From contig OZ024742.1 of assembly GCA_964016885.1 (NCBI GenBank), positions 137,950,001 to 138,014,000 on the forward strand: a stretch of DNA of 64,000 nucleotides. The letters are read 5' to 3'. Below are positions 1-13,940 of the stretch, in pieces. Below the pieces are notes generated by a model. It had not been told where the DNA came from. It saw nothing but the letters and a program-made list of their open reading frames with translations, and made no database searches. Numbering within the stretch: the stretch's first letter is position 1; each line of letters opens with the position of its first letter. The stretch comes from Eledone cirrhosa (Eukaryota). The translations under genes were made by a program, and so were the position numbers.

Positions 1-2850
1 ACTTTCAAATGTTGTATGGACTGATGTTAGGCCTCTGCCTCCCTGCTTACGTTTCAAGTAAAGGCGGTCTATGTCACTGTTGATGTGGATGTTTCCGGTG
101 TTGTTTAGTATTTTTCGAGTTCCAACATCAACTGCTCGGATTTCGTCTATCCTCCAATTGAGTATTCAAACATTGGTGTTAGGACAGACACAGCAAACGC
201 ATTGTGAACCACAGTTTTGTTTTGCACAGAGAATTCCGATGACCAGATCTTTCTTAATCGGGTGTAGTATTCCCTGGTTACGCGTTCTTTATTACAGATA
301 CCATTATAGGATATGGTCTCAGCTATCCCCAGGTATCTTTAGCAGTCCTCATCAGATATCGGTGAAAGAGTTAGGCCATTGATGACAATGTTGCTAGATT
401 GGGTTGTTGTTTGTCCCCCGCTTTACAGTCATGTATGAACATTTATCTTGGCCAAACTCCATTCCTATATCCTTTGAGAACGCTGTAATCAGGTCAAGAT
501 TTTTCTTCATCCCATCCATGTTCTTGGCATAGAGTTTCAGATCGTCCACAAAGAAATTATGGGTTAGGTTCCTATTTCTGTCCTCCTGTGAGCCAATGAT
601 GTATCCCTCACACTTCTTGAGCAGAAATGACAAGGGGTTTAATAACAAGATGAATAATATCACAGAGAGACTGTTCCCCTTAAATATACCCCTGCAATAT
701 TTTATTTTATCAGTGAAAATAGAGTCCTCCCTCTCTGTATTTAAGCTTAGGATAGTAGCCCAAGAAGAAGACAGCCTCTCTACGTCTCTGACCATAATGT
801 CTGGGACTGTAGCAAGCTGGAGGGCCTCTATCATCCAAGAGTGGGGAACAGAATCGAAAGCTTTCCTGTAGACCGACCAGACTGTAGCCATATTTCTCCT
901 AAGTTGTCGCACCTTCGACATCGCAGTTTTGTTGATTAGGAATTGTTCTGCACATCCCCAAACCCCATTCTCTCCAGCTGCTTGTTCATCTGTGACAATG
1001 TTATTATTTTCACAGTGATCTTGGAGGAATGGGTTCAGGCTGGATGTATACATCTTATACATAAGGTTCTGGCATGCAATGGGTCGGTAGTTTTTTTCCA
1101 AGTGGGTGTTTTTGTTCTTGGGGACCAGTAATGTTTGTGCTAATGTCAACCATTCTGGCATATGTGTATCTCCCTTAAGAACTTGTTGGTAGAGGTCAGT
1201 AAGATACCTTCGATTGGATATCAGTTTTTTTGTACAAGTAGCCGACGATCATGTCTCTTCCTGGTGTTTTCTTATCTTGGAGTTTTCCTATCACAGTCTC
1301 AAGAGTACCCTCACTTATTTCGTATGTTTTTGATTTCTCTTAGCCACACTGCATCTTGGTTGAAATTCTTCTTTTCACCCCATATTTTGCTCCAAAAGGA
1401 ATCTATGTCTTTCTGGGATGGGCCCTCAGTGACACTTATTATTTTATTCTTCAATTCTCTATAGACTGATGTTTGGTTTCGTCTGAATATTTTATGAAGC
1501 ACTTTTCTCTCATCTACCTTCTTCAGGTATCGGTGTTTATCGCTAACAGCTCTCAATTGTTGTTTGAGGGTTATCAGCTTATATTGAAGAGTTCTGTTTC
1601 TACTGTTACCAAACATCGTCTCGATTTTATTTTTCACTCTTTGTTGGTGAGGAGTGAGGTTTTTTGCGTTTGTTTGCATGTAAGGAGCATTGTCACATAT
1701 CCTATGGTTTTTCGCAGGTCAGCAATCTTTTTTTTTCTATTTTCGTTATATATGATGGTATTTTTGGTGGTGTTCTGTTCTTGTTAATATCTCTGCTATC
1801 AAAAGATAATGCTTCACTGCCGTTGCCAAGGCATATAAACAGGCGTTGATTTGCCAAAATGTTTGGGTTTTTATCCGTCGTAAATATACATCCCATATTT
1901 CGTCAATAACACGTAATATTTCATTATTTATTTTTTTTTATTAAACATTGTCGTTTTAATACGTTTAGCAAGAGAGATATTTATACATGAATTAATTTCT
2001 CTCTGGAAAATTTCGTTGAGGGAAATTTTCAATTGTTTATACTTTTGATTATTATCTTTATCGATAGTATTTTCCACAACAGTCGAGGTAGACTCGGATG
2101 GTACACGTGGAGTCAACATTTCTTCGATTATTATTATTATTTCTTTGATTATTCTTATTATCGATAGTGTTTTCCCCAGCATTCGTGGTAGACTCAGATG
2201 GTACAGGTGGTGTCAAGTTTCTTACCACCTTAGTTGTTTGAAGGCGCTGTTCGACCTGGCTGCTAGGAAGTCTAGTAGCATGGCGTCCTGTAGCACGTGT
2301 TGTTGAGTTCATGTTTGTTGTGGAGGACTTACAATTAATACTATTTATCTTACTTTTACGTTCAACAAACGTCGCTTATTGGCGTAATTGTTTCGCTGTG
2401 AAATAATTTAGCTCTGGGTGTATTTCGTCCCAGTGTAGCTTCATTCTCTTCATATAGCCAATGGACGGATTATTTTTTGCCATTTTATAACATAAATCAT
2501 TATTAAGTTCGCAACTCCAAGAGAAATGCGATTTATAATTTCGGTTTCTTCTGTAGCTACATCTGAATAAAGTTTGTTTACCTTTCTTGTCTTCGATACT
2601 TCCTCAATTTTGATGTTGATGTTGTGTTCAGCCATGCTGTTCGTAGCAAATCCTTGTAAAATAAATTATGCATTTAGTCAGATATCTCTACGAATTCGAA
2701 TAAAAGATGTCTTCAGAAGATATACTGTAGTTAGAAGAATAACCAGTTATTCAACATGACTGTAGTTGTGGTATTACTGTCAGAGATAGTATTCATCTTA
2801 AAATAATAAATAGTCTCCCACGTCAAAATATGCGATTGATCGCGTTGACT
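1..2850 (-). mobile_element. R4/Dong-like non-LTR retrotransposon, decayed; its 3' part runs off the window start
   Basis: ORF 394-1161 has RT motifs YRPIACQNLMYK, YRKAFDSVPHSW, GIFKGNSLS, FFVDDLKLY and FSKDIGMEFGQDKC. The minus strand near 1-120 gives DIDRLYLKRKQGGRGL. N-terminal fragments lie at 1311-2450. It is colinear with the copy at 61.2-63.9 kb up to a (TATG)n tract. Confidence 0.9.
394..1161 (-). pseudogene. Reverse transcriptase domain fragment of the R4/Dong-like LINE
   Basis: Non-LTR RT motifs including FVDD; frameshifts and stops on both sides. Confidence 0.9.
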
Positions 2851-3799
2851 GTATGTATGTATGTATGTATGTACGCATGTACGTATGCGCGGGGACGTGG
2901 AAATAGTCCATTTAGTCCCCGAGCGCGTGATTAGCTAACCGGGAGTGATAAAACTCTAGTCCTCTTTACGACACCATTCTCTGGTGGAAAATTTGCGATT
3001 CAATGCCAGCTAATGATGTTGACCTATTCTTCAATTTAGATACCTAACACCGTTATTCAAAAAGTGAAATTGCTTCAGTGCAAGGCCTTTCTTCACGTAA
3101 AAAAAAAAATCGCATTAATCACAGGCATCGCCTGATCCAATCATCTTTCACGGGTGTTACTTAAGGATGGCTGGCCCCTGCCGAAATATTCTCATTTTCG
3201 CATCACCCTTATGGGCGAAGGCAACCATCATATGTGTGTGTGTGTGTGTGTGTTTGTTTGTGCGTGTATCTATGTATGTATGTAGGTGCATGCATGAGCA
3301 ATTATTTTCTAGATATAAACTATAGTTCTATGTGGGAATATATATTTTGTGGTTAAACTTTTGAGTCATATTTATACTTTGTGTGTGTACAAAGGCACAT
3401 CTGAATGAACTTACATTTGTATCTGTGCCCGTGTTTATGCGCCACAACGTAGCGATTCGACAAAAAGTATTCCGATAAATTAAAACTGTTGTAATTTTGA
3501 TCAACTAAATCAAGATGGTGCTCCAGCATGTCAGCAATCTAATTACTGAATTTGTTAAATTGTTCATTTGTTGGCTAAATATGAAATCTACTTCATATAT
3601 TTTTCATATTCTTTACAGCACATTTTTTTCAAAATGCCACACATCTTTCTTTTATATGTATTTCAACAGTCTAGAATTTCTAAATATTTTCTTCAGATTT
3701 CGCTTATTTTCTGGATGGGAAACTAACAGTGACATCGAAGATTCGACTTCTTTGCTTCACTTATGGCGTCTCTGTTTAGGTTATTATTTATGCAAATAA

Positions 3800-3944
3800 T
3801 TTGCGCTTTGCAGCATCGAGTTATGGCCATTTATGTTCTGAGTTCAAATCCCGCCGAGTTTAAATTTGCCTTTCATCCTTTACGAGATCGATAAAATAAC
3901 TCACTGGGGAGATTTGCTGGCCTTGTACCAAAAGTAGAAACAAT
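3800..3944 (+). mobile_element. tRNA-derived SINE, 5'-truncated, with probable target-site duplication
   Basis: B-box GAGTTCAAATCCC, body CGCCGAG..TTTGCCTTTCATCC, tail GGCCTTGTACCAAAAGTAGAAACAATT; TTTATGCAAAT occurs on both flanks. Confidence 0.8.
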
Positions 3945-5220
3945 TATTTATGCAAATTCTCAAGCTTTCTCATATATCTCATTGTACATTTATTTGGTGA
4001 TTTCCTCAACATCCCTTTAACAAATAAGTTAAAGTCATTGATGATATCTATTAATACTGAAACCTTCCTGGCATTATTTTACATACATGCTAAAACGAAT
4101 AAAAATGTATTCTTCATTGAGCTAGATATGTATTTTCTCCATCACAATTATTTTCAATTTTATATTGTATGCACACTGTTTAACATATGCCACTAGGTCT
4201 TGCTTTTCTGATGTATTTAACAGGTATTTTATAAATCAATCCCAGGATATAGCGCAAATTTAACACTTGAAAGATCACCTCAGAATTAATTGACCTAAGC
4301 AGGTCAACTCACAATATATTTACTGATGAAATAAATGTTTATTGAAACATGTAGCTTCTTGAATTAACGCTGAGACGAGTCAGCCGTTGAGAAACATTTA
4401 TCACGGTAACCGGACAGATAATACTAGTTTTTGTTTTGTTTCTATGCTAACACAATGGTAATCCTGGTCGCCATAATATATTTATAATACTAAAATTATT
4501 ATTCATCGATCCTAGGCTTGTTCTTTCTCACATCAAATCATATAAATTATAAGGTGCAATCTAATATTCCAGAGATGAGTTTCTATCTCATAATATTTCC
4601 TGAAGCATTGGCTAAGTGCAGTTGCCTATATGAAATATCTTAATACATTCAATATTAATATCATTCTAGCGAGAGTTTTGGTATGGGAGAATACAATTTC
4701 TAGTTTTTACATCAAATGTCCCTTAAGGAGACAAATAACACGTACATATATAATCACGCATATTTTCTGTCTATTTCTTTTACAAACTATCTCTTTATAC
4801 ATTTCTTCGTTCCATTTTCTCCATACCCATTTCCTAGTGATTTCATCAAATCCATCATATTTATTCTACTCCAGAATATATCACTATCAATGTAGAGAAA
4901 CTTAATTTTCACTTCTACATATATGTGTTTCTATCATCATTGTATCATCTTCAGAAGATATTTTTAGAATTTATCTATCTACATAATATTAGATATATTT
5001 CTTTGGGTCCATTTTGATTTTATTTTACACATGTCTTCAGAGATTTATCTGTTTTTATTCACGTTTAGTGACATTTCTTACCAAAGTCCAATTTTCTCTA
5101 TACAATATTAATTTTGCTTTTAATGAAAGATGTTTTATTTACAATTCAACTAAGAAATGATAATAATAATATTAATAATATTAATAATATTAATAATATT
5201 AAAAATAATAATAATAATAA

Positions 5221-5446
5221 TGATCCCGATTGTCATAGGCGCACTGGGGACTATCTCCAAAAGTTTCCAGGGATGGTTAAAGAAAATCGGCCCCTTCACG
5301 CTTTTTGGAACGCTTCAAAAGGCATGCTTGCTTGGAACAGCAAGAACCCTCCGATACGTCCTGAATATCTGAGGCTGCAGGTAGTGGCTTGATATTCAAT
5401 CCAACGGACTTTCCAGTTAACCAACATCAATGACTGAGATTCAAGG
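5221..5446 (+). mobile_element. 5'-truncated 3' end of an R4/Dong-like LINE inserted in (TAA)n
   Basis: Encodes the typical C-terminus IPIVIGALGTISK..LQKACLLGTARTLRYVL* followed by a short 3' UTR. It is flanked by TAA-rich repeats at about 5160-5220 and 5447-5512. Confidence 0.85.
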
Positions 5447-5455
5447 AATAACAAC

Positions 5456-5513
<58 letters not shown>

Positions 5514-6088
5514 GTCGTAATGGAATAGACCAATAATGTAGAAAATACAATTATAAATTGATGTCAAAATGTATTCTCTATTATTCATGGCAACATCTTA
5601 TTTTGTCGTTTCTTTGGAAACCTTTAGATTCTTCTTTAAGTATTTTTATGTTCATATATTTTCTCATACCTATATCAATCTACCATCAAGTGCATTCATA
5701 TTTAACTTTAAGTTGTTTGAGTAGGAAATATATTAAACGGATTAGACCCATTAAATTCTAAGAATCATCTGATATTGCAGTGAAAATGAGTCGGAGCTTT
5801 CCAGAATGTTGAACAATAGACCATTCTTTTATATTAAAAAATAAGAGAAAATGAAATATGATTATATTATATAGTCGAGATAGATTATACTTAAAATCCA
5901 TACTATTAGAATTATGATCTAAAAAACACCCTTAATTATAACACACATAAGCCACCCACATTTCAAACTTACATATACACACGCACATATACATCTTTGT
6001 GTGATTGCCTCAAACAACTCTATTAGTACGAGCTATATGGCAGCTACAACTTCGATTCATTATATATATATATATGTGTATATAATGA

Positions 6089-6278
6089 AGGGCGGCGGAT
6101 TGGCAGTTTCGGTAGAGGGTCGGAGGCTATGCTTTGACGCATGGAGTTACGGCCCTTGCCATTCTGAGTTGAAATCCCGCCGAGGTTAACTTTGCCTTTC
6201 ATCCTTACGGGGTCGACAAAATAAAGTGCCAGTAATACACTGGGTTATTGCTGGCCTTATGCCAAAAGTAGATACAAT
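6089..6278 (+). mobile_element. Full-length tRNA-derived SINE (~190 bp)
   Basis: A-box-like TGGCAGTTTCGGT, B-box GAGTTGAAATCCC, conserved body TTTGCCTTTCATCCTTACGGGGTCGACAAAATAAAGT; many paralogues in the window. Confidence 0.85.
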
Positions 6279-6356
<78 letters not shown>

Positions 6357-6531
6357 TTTAAGCAAAGAATCGCTGCTTTCACCCTGAATCGATGCTTTCA
6401 TCTTCTGAAACTAAAAATATAAATCTGTGAACGCAGAAGTAAATATTTCGAAAAACGTTGCAACCGAAAGAAGACAGGAAGACGATACTTTGGTTCGTGG
6501 AAACGTTCCCTGGCAAAGAATGGGAAAAAAT

Positions 6532-6760
6532 GAAGATAATACGTCATAATTAGGAGCAGTGAAAACAATTACACGCAAAGACAAAACCACGTTTATTGTA
6601 TAAATGAAGCCGTAGACTAATATTCTATTAGGTGGTTCGTGGCAATGAACGGAAAAAGACGAAGATAATACGTCATTATGCGCAGCGTGAGAACAAATAC
6701 ACGCCAAAACAAAACCACGCTTATGGTATAACTAAAGTCGTAGGCTAAAATTCTATTTAG
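6532..6760. repeat. Two diverged tandem units of about 129 bp
   Basis: GAAGATAATACGTCAT at 6532 and 6661, each followed by ACAAAACCACG..ATTCTATT. Confidence 0.7.
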
Positions 6761-7014
6761 GAAACCGAATGGTACTTGGCTTCAGAGTTAAGAATAATGT
6801 AAATAAATTACAGAGATAATTGAAATCAACAAAAATTAAATATATACATGCACGCATACACATGCATACGCCAAAACACCCGCCATGGGTATGCAAATAC
6901 AAGCACGTACACAAAAAACACACGCACACACATACAGAACTCACGCAAGGCCTGTATCCTCACACATACGAACGTATACACCAAATACACATAAAAATAT
7001 ATATATTAAAAAAA

Positions 7015-7047
<33 letters not shown>

Positions 7048-7901
7048 CGTGTATACAAATACTTATATAAACCTATATAAATATATACACATACATACGT
7101 ATATAACGCCCGCACACACATACCTACATGTAAATACACATATGTTCGCTAAACGAATGTCAACCAAAACACGAAGTACACATATACACACACCCTACAC
7201 ACGTACGAACCCGCATACTCACACAGACGCAAAACTCGAGTATGCACATAACCATATGCACATGTACCAGTATATATAAAATAATATACACGCCTATAAC
7301 ATATACAAGCAAATATACGTACCTTCACAAAACATACAGGTAATATATACTTGCCTATACAAATAAGTAATGGTATAAACATAACATATACTTAGCTACC
7401 ACATCAAGACGTAAAATATCCGCGTCTAGTTCGTACTATCCGTGAGGATATAATGTGGGGCTGTAATACAGACAGTCAACCTCTTTTCCTCTTTCGCCGA
7501 AAATAAGTAAGTGACATAGTCACTACTTTAAAACTGATAGCGTATGGTCTTCTAAATGTTTTGAATTAAACATACGGTATATTGCCCCAAATACTATACA
7601 TATATATATATTCGTAAACAGTAAACTAGGAAAACAATACCATCAATAAATGTGCATCTAGCGGTTAATATCGTCGGATCCCAAGCTGGTAATAGTTACA
7701 TTCGTAAAGACCGAGCCAATCATTAACTAAATGTCTATATTGGATCGAAGATACCCCCCCCCCCCCAATCCCTATCTGATACATCATCCATATATCCCAA
7801 CCCATAACCCGTTCAAAATATGAGATTGTGGTAGACGGAATATTTCAAACTGCAGCCATCAAATTCTGAAGTTTCTGTACAAGAATAGATATTAAATATC
7901 C

Positions 7902-7941
<40 letters not shown>

Positions 7942-7945
<4 letters not shown>

Positions 7946-8160
7946 GGAATAGAATGAAACGAAATTTCATTTCTCACTCTGATACGGCACTTACTTAAAT
8001 GTAAGTATGTATGTAAGTATACGTACATACATATATGTATACAGACGTATGTATATATATATACATACATGCACACATATATATATATGCACGTATCGGT
8101 TTACCGAACATTTATTATAATGCTCGGTTTGTTTGTAAACAAACAAACAGCCCGAATTAC
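7942..8160 (+). repeat. Dispersed repeat family L, circularly permuted relative to 34485-34965
   Basis: Shares GAATGAAACGAAATTTCATTTCTCACTCT and GGTTTACCGAACATTTAT..CGGTTTGTTTGTAAACAAAC with the 34.5-35.0 kb element, in a different order. Confidence 0.75.
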
Positions 8161-8164
8161 GTAA

Positions 8165-9102
8165 ACGTCTCTACCAACCTTCCTAGGGCTTTCTTCTCAC
8201 TACTAGATAAACACTTTCCATCCGGCCACAGGTACCACGGCCTTTTAAACAAAAACACTATTAAGATCTCATACTCTACTACGCCTAACTTAGCATACCA
8301 CATAGCTAGTACAAATAAAAGAAAAATTAATTCTTACTTCCAACAAACTAAATCACAACGGCCGATAAACCTTCAAAATAACATTCAAAATGACAGTCAA
8401 AGTAACATTATAACAAATAACCGTAATATCAATGGAAATAGTAGTAATAGCACTAGTGTAAACATTAACGCTGCGTACCACAACCCGCATAACCATAACC
8501 CTATAGCTAACCTCCAAACTTCTACACAGCATAGTAACCGGCAGACTAGCACCCAGAGTAATTGTAACTGTAGATCAAGTAGAACCTGCCCTTTAGATAA
8601 AAAATGCTTAACCAAGGATATCATATACTCATGTACAGTCACAACTAACAGCTCTTCTGAAACCTACATAGGCTCCACTTCTAACTGCTTCAAAACTAGA
8701 TACAATTCGCACCTCCACTCTTTCAAAAAACACAGTCTAGCCAACTCCACTTCACTATCTAGCTACATACACTATCTAAAAACTAAATATAAAATATATA
8801 CACTTAAATGGGAAGTGGTAGGTAGTGCAACATCGTACAAACCACCCGATAAATTTTGTAACCTCTGTCTACTAGAGACCCATACTATCATCTTCTCTAA
8901 ACATAATCTCCTTAATAAAAAATCAGAAGTGTTCGCAAATTGCCAACACCGCTTCCGACACTCGTTCCAAAACTTTAAACCTATATATAATAATGTCAGA
9001 CTGGAACCGGCACCACCCCTAGCAATTAACATCAGTAGCACACCTTACACCTCACATCCACACCCATCTCTATACTCTAAAGATAATACTGACAGCATTT
9101 GA
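8165..9102 (+). CDS. C-terminal part of a PLE polyprotein (linker + GIY-YIG endonuclease), open frame; the ATG at 8035 lies in upstream repeat sequence
   Basis: GIY-YIG motifs (DIIY..YIG..R..H), a Cys-rich linker and a C-terminal CxxC..CxH. Confidence 0.8.
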
Positions 9103-10533
9103 GTGCCACCTACCCTGGGAATACCCCCTTGTACCTCTAATACTGATATCCCGACCGTGGACTACTTATTATGCATTGCACAAATATAAGATTAGTATAA
9201 ACTGGGGACACGGTACAGGTTGTGATAGCATAGTCCTGTGCATTGACTACCACCAAGAGATAGATTGATGATTAGATAGATAATCCTATTGTTAAGTGAG
9301 TATATACTGTAAGCGATCAGTTCATTGAATTATGCACGTAATCATCTTGATGTGGACTCCTTTAATACCTATTAATAGACTCCACTCTAGATTGGAGATG
9401 TGATACATAATTGATTTATATTTGAGACGGGGGTTGTCTATTACCTGATGGCCAGACTAGTGCGTTTATATGAGAGATCGGGTCTCCGGACCATACCAAA
9501 GATTTACTGGAGATGCAGGCAAGCAATGACCCGGAGCCTACCGGGTGGCATATATAATAGTGGGACCATACCAGGTCCTACTGTTGTATTACATTTGCAT
9601 GGAGCAGTGACTTGAGAGTCCGACTCCTTTTATAGAACGTTCAGATATGACACCCCTTAATTATTGGTTGGCAATCATCCTAGTATATACACCCTTGTAC
9701 TTCTTAATGAACAACTCTCTAACTTATAAATGGGTACCATACTCTAGATATTAGTTATAACTTCACATGATAGGCACGTATTTGAATCACCATTAATGTA
9801 GTTTAGCATAGTAATGTAACTAAAATAACTAGCTAGTTACCTCCCCTTACGCATTAATTCCCCTTAATCATTCAGGCACTTCCGGAATTTGGACAGCATG
9901 ATATATTAATTAAGAACCGACTGGATACCGTTTATAGCTTGACTATATGCTGAACCACTGCGAATTATACGATAGACGCGTGTTCTCTCTATATATATAT
10001 TGCGTCTCATGGATTATGTGAGTGGTGGTGTGAGCAAGGACAGTGGTACGACCTTGCCTACGATACAATAAGGTTTATAGTATGTTGAAGGTTTTTGATA
10101 TGTTGGTGTCTCCCCGCATCCGAGACTGTATATCATACAGATGTATGGGAATAAATGACTTAATAATTCAGCCTATATTATAAGATCGATTGCCTGCTTC
10201 AACTGCCTGACCCTGCAAATATCATTCTGACGCACTCTAATCATGTATAGATAAGACAAGCGTGCATGCTACACGGGAGATTGCTTCATGCACTGACTAC
10301 TCTAAGCTTTCCTCTTGCTTTATATTCATAGACTGCCAACGCTTCATGTTTATCTTTATTTTCACTCTTGCTTTTATTTTATTTTATTTTATTTTATTTT
10401 TATCATGTAACACTTTATATGTAAATTGCCATGCTATTTCATTTGATGAATGTCACCCCACTGTTGATCAATATGCGCATATGTTTTATGTGTCTCTTGG
10501 GTTGAAAAGGAGGTCAAGTATGTTATAAATAGC

Positions 10534-10580
10534 TGCTCCGAAGAATCCAAACCTCGGTTTGGAGGAAACAATTGTAAGCA
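10534..10580 (+). ncRNA. Minimal type I hammerhead ribozyme, core variant CCGAAGA, at the PLE 3' end
   Basis: TGCT-CCGAAGA-aTCCAAACC tc GGTTTGGAg-GAAAC-AATT-GTA-AGCA; the same motif recurs at 40723. Confidence 0.7.
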
Positions 10581-10615
10581 AATAAATGACTTAAACTGAA
10601 CTTTGATTACTGTAA

Positions 10616-10657
<42 letters not shown>

Positions 10658-10812
10658 CTTTGTATTTTGAAAATTCGGATGTCACAGTATCTTTCTTGAT
10701 TGCCTATTATGACATAGTGTCGCAATAATGGACTGAAATTCTGATGAAACAATCGTTAATACGTGGATTAAATCTTTTTGTAACTGTTTACCTTCGTCCT
10801 ATTTCTCTTTTT

Positions 10813-10861
<49 letters not shown>

Positions 10862-10991
10862 AACATTCACACTATTTATCTAAATTGACCTATATCTATG
10901 TATGTATCTCTCTCGCTCCCTTTCTTTCTCTCTATTATACTATATATATATATATATAGATAGATAGATAGATGTGTGTGCGTGTGAGTGA

Positions 10992-10996
<5 letters not shown>

Positions 10997-11084
<88 letters not shown>

Positions 11085-11095
11085 TGTGTGTGTGT
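10997..11095. repeat. (TG)n microsatellite
   Basis: Near-perfect TG run. Confidence 0.95.
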
Positions 11096-11575
11096 TGTTA
11101 CAAAATGCGCTCTCCAACTACAATACGGCTCCAAAAGCCCAAAGTCTGCAGCTGGGAAACCACAAGCCTGGCCAGCTAGCCAACTTTGCTGAAAACCGAA
11201 GAAATAGATGCAACAAGCTGGATGTCCTGTGTAATATATTCTTCGTCACTTGGGTTCACGCCGAATATTCACATCACTAACTTTACGACGTGACTCTTTA
11301 TTTACCACACCTCAGACTGATTGCTCTCGTCCCCAACCACACACCAACTCGTTGCATTGGCAGCTCCACCGATTTAGATACTCCGCCTCCAGTAAAACGC
11401 TAAATAAGCCGTGTATCATGCGTCAAATCAGTCACGGGATCCATTGTTGGTTTTCTTCGCTTTCTTTTGTAGATCTGGGGAGCAGTGTTTCGGATTCAAG
11501 TGATGCCATTTGCTGATGATTGATTTTACAATCTCCATCATAACAATATATACAAACACTCACACTATTTCCCTA

Positions 11576-11606
<31 letters not shown>

Positions 11607-11609
<3 letters not shown>

Positions 11610-13940
11610 AAAGTTAAAGAAGGTTCAATGAATAAATCAAAGACTGTGCTTTACAATAGATTGGAAGCACTCAACAGTAAAAGTTTTCCCAGAGTTATTA
11701 ATATTAATTCAAAATATTAACAAAATAGATATTCTTGTGATCAATTATATTTTATTATACATATTTCAGAGGTACTGAGTTAAGTTCAACAGTACGTCCT
11801 CATCAGATAAAATAAAATGATACATGACATACCCTGACATAGTAGATGGTTAAGATTCAGTCATGGTAGTGAATAAATTATGACAAAACTCAATATTTAT
11901 ACCCTAATATTGAGAACATGAGATAACGTACTACAAACAATAGAGAGAGTGCGTGTAATAGAGTTTAAGATATACATGGCATCAATATAACAGTTATAAT
12001 ATTTTTTCAATTTTTAAAAACTACTGGAGAAAGAAATTTTGAGGAAGACCTGCCAGTTAGACTGATTGCTCCATCCAAATCGGGTACTGGGGTAATCAGT
12101 AAAAATATTATTGATAGAATTCTACCTATTTTGAAATTGAGGTCTAAATTGAGCTTGTGGAAGGATACAAATGAAATGATTGAATGGTATAAAAATATAG
12201 ATGATAAGAAAAAGCGTAAATTCATCCAGATGGACATAACAAGCTATTACTCTTCCATTGCGCCTAACCTACGAAATAAGGCTTTATCATACGCTTACAA
12301 ACATACTGATCTAACTACGGATTAAATTGATATCATATTGACTGTTAGAAGAAATCTAATTAACTTCAAGAATGAGTATTGGACCCGCTCAGATAGAAAT
12401 AGAAACTTCGACATTCACATGGATCATCTAATTCAGCGCAAATCACGGATCTTCTGCGGATTTTCATCTTAAATATGATAAATAGAAAACTGCCGGAGAT
12501 TACCGGTGGTTTATATAGGGACGATATTTTATTTACGGTTGTTAAACACAACAATATAGAACTAAATAGGGTAAGGAAAAATATAATTGAATCCTTTAAA
12601 AATTACGACCTTAAACTAGAGGTAGAAAGTGGTACCAAAATAGTTAATTTCCCTGATGTTACCCTTAACTTAAACTCTGGTTTTTATTACCCTTTCTATA
12701 AGCCCAATGAAAACTTAAATTACGTTAGTTATTACTCTAATCACCCCAAATCTGTGAAGAAAGCAATTGTAAATAGCGTACAAAAACGCATAAATAGAAT
12801 ATCTGACAATAAAACATTATTTGATGAAAATGCAGGATATTACAATGATGCGCTGAAAAAGGCAGGTTATAAAAATAATATAGAATATTTAGACAATAAT
12901 AATCCGAGTGTTAATCCTGATAAAAATAATGGAATATATAAACGAAATTCTATAAATTCTAATAATTGTAATTCAAACACCTGTACTGTGAATAAATCGG
13001 GGAAAAGAAACAGAACTAAATCAGTTATATGTCCCCCCCCCCCCCCCCACCCTCACCCCACCCTGCTTCTGTAGCAGTAAGAATATCAATAGCTAATCTA
13101 TTTTAAAGCTTTAGATAGTTCATTACCTAGTCAACATAAATACCACTCCATATTTAATAGACACACAATTAAACTGTCTTATTCTACAACTATGAATATG
13201 GCCCAAAATATCGCTAAAATAAACAGCATAATACTAAACCAAAATCAACATAATGCTATTAATATTAGTGTTAATATAAATAATAATAAATCAAAATGTA
13301 ATTGTAGAAATAAACCAGATTACCCTCTGCAAAATAATTGTCTGGATAGAAATCTGGTGTGTAAATGCACCGTAAAAACAAATAACAACACATACAACTA
13401 CATAGGAGCAACTTCTTCGACATTTAAATCGACATTTGCGGACATGTGTTGCATTTTGGACATGTGTTGCAAATATGGAAATCTGTGTATATAAACTTGA
13501 ACATAAATTACTCCCCTTTCTCTCTCTCTTTAATCATCTTTCATCTGTTTTTTCAAGCCACCTACTAAATATATTATCACATCAGCTGTTTCTTCCTCTA
13601 TGCTTTCCTTTTCCTCCTCTTTCTCCAGTAGTTTTTAAAAATTAAAAAAGTTATAACTGTTATATTGATGCCATGTATATCTTAAACTCTATTACACCCA
13701 CCCTCTCTATTGTTTGTATTATGTTATCTCATCTTCTCAATATTAGGGTATAAATATTGAGTTTTGTCATAGGTTATTCACTACCATGACTGAATCTTAA
13801 TCATCTACTATGTCAGGGTATGTCATGTTTCATTTTATTTTAACTGATGAGGACGTACTGTTGAACTTAACTCAGTACCTCTGAAATATGTATAATAAAA
13901 TATAATTGATCAGAAGAATATCTATTGTGTCAATATTTGA
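11607..13940 (+). mobile_element. Penelope-like element: inverted pseudo-LTR, RT, partial GIY-YIG and 3' pseudo-LTR
   Basis: RT motifs MDITSYYSSI, YRDDIL, VNFPDVTL and SNHP (12040-12900, disrupted); CNC..PL..CL..YIGATSSTFK (13192-13435). Segment 11710-12033 is the reverse complement of 13620-13940. Confidence 0.9.
13833..13900 (+). ncRNA. Hammerhead-like motif in the PLE pseudo-LTR (copies on the minus strand at ~11750-11815 and ~24545-24610)
   Basis: CTGATGA at 13844, stem II GTACTG/CAGTAC, then GAAATATGTA; stem I is weak (TTTTATT/AATAAAA with a bulge). Confidence 0.6.

Larger units (their letters stand above)
8165..10617 (+). mobile_element. Penelope-like element (Naiad-like), 5'-truncated: GIY-YIG endonuclease, long 3' UTR and HHR
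   Basis: ORF with FFSLLDKHFP..KISYSTTPN, CNC..CPL..CL, IIY..TYIGST..FKTRYNSH and CNLCLLE..LLNKKSE..CQH. The 3' region is homologous to 39.2-40.8 kb and ends at (TA)n. Confidence 0.9.

Noticed and set aside
4316-4360. CTGATGA-AATAAAtgTTTATT-GAAACATGTA hammerhead core
   Set aside because: The core and stem II look right, but no stem I pairing is possible and no paralogue is present. It may be chance or a decayed copy.
8165-13494. Selenoprotein-type Naiad element (in-frame TGA as Sec)
   Set aside because: The Cys motifs visible in both endonuclease regions use ordinary codons with no in-frame TGA at those positions, and I could not identify a SECIS by eye.
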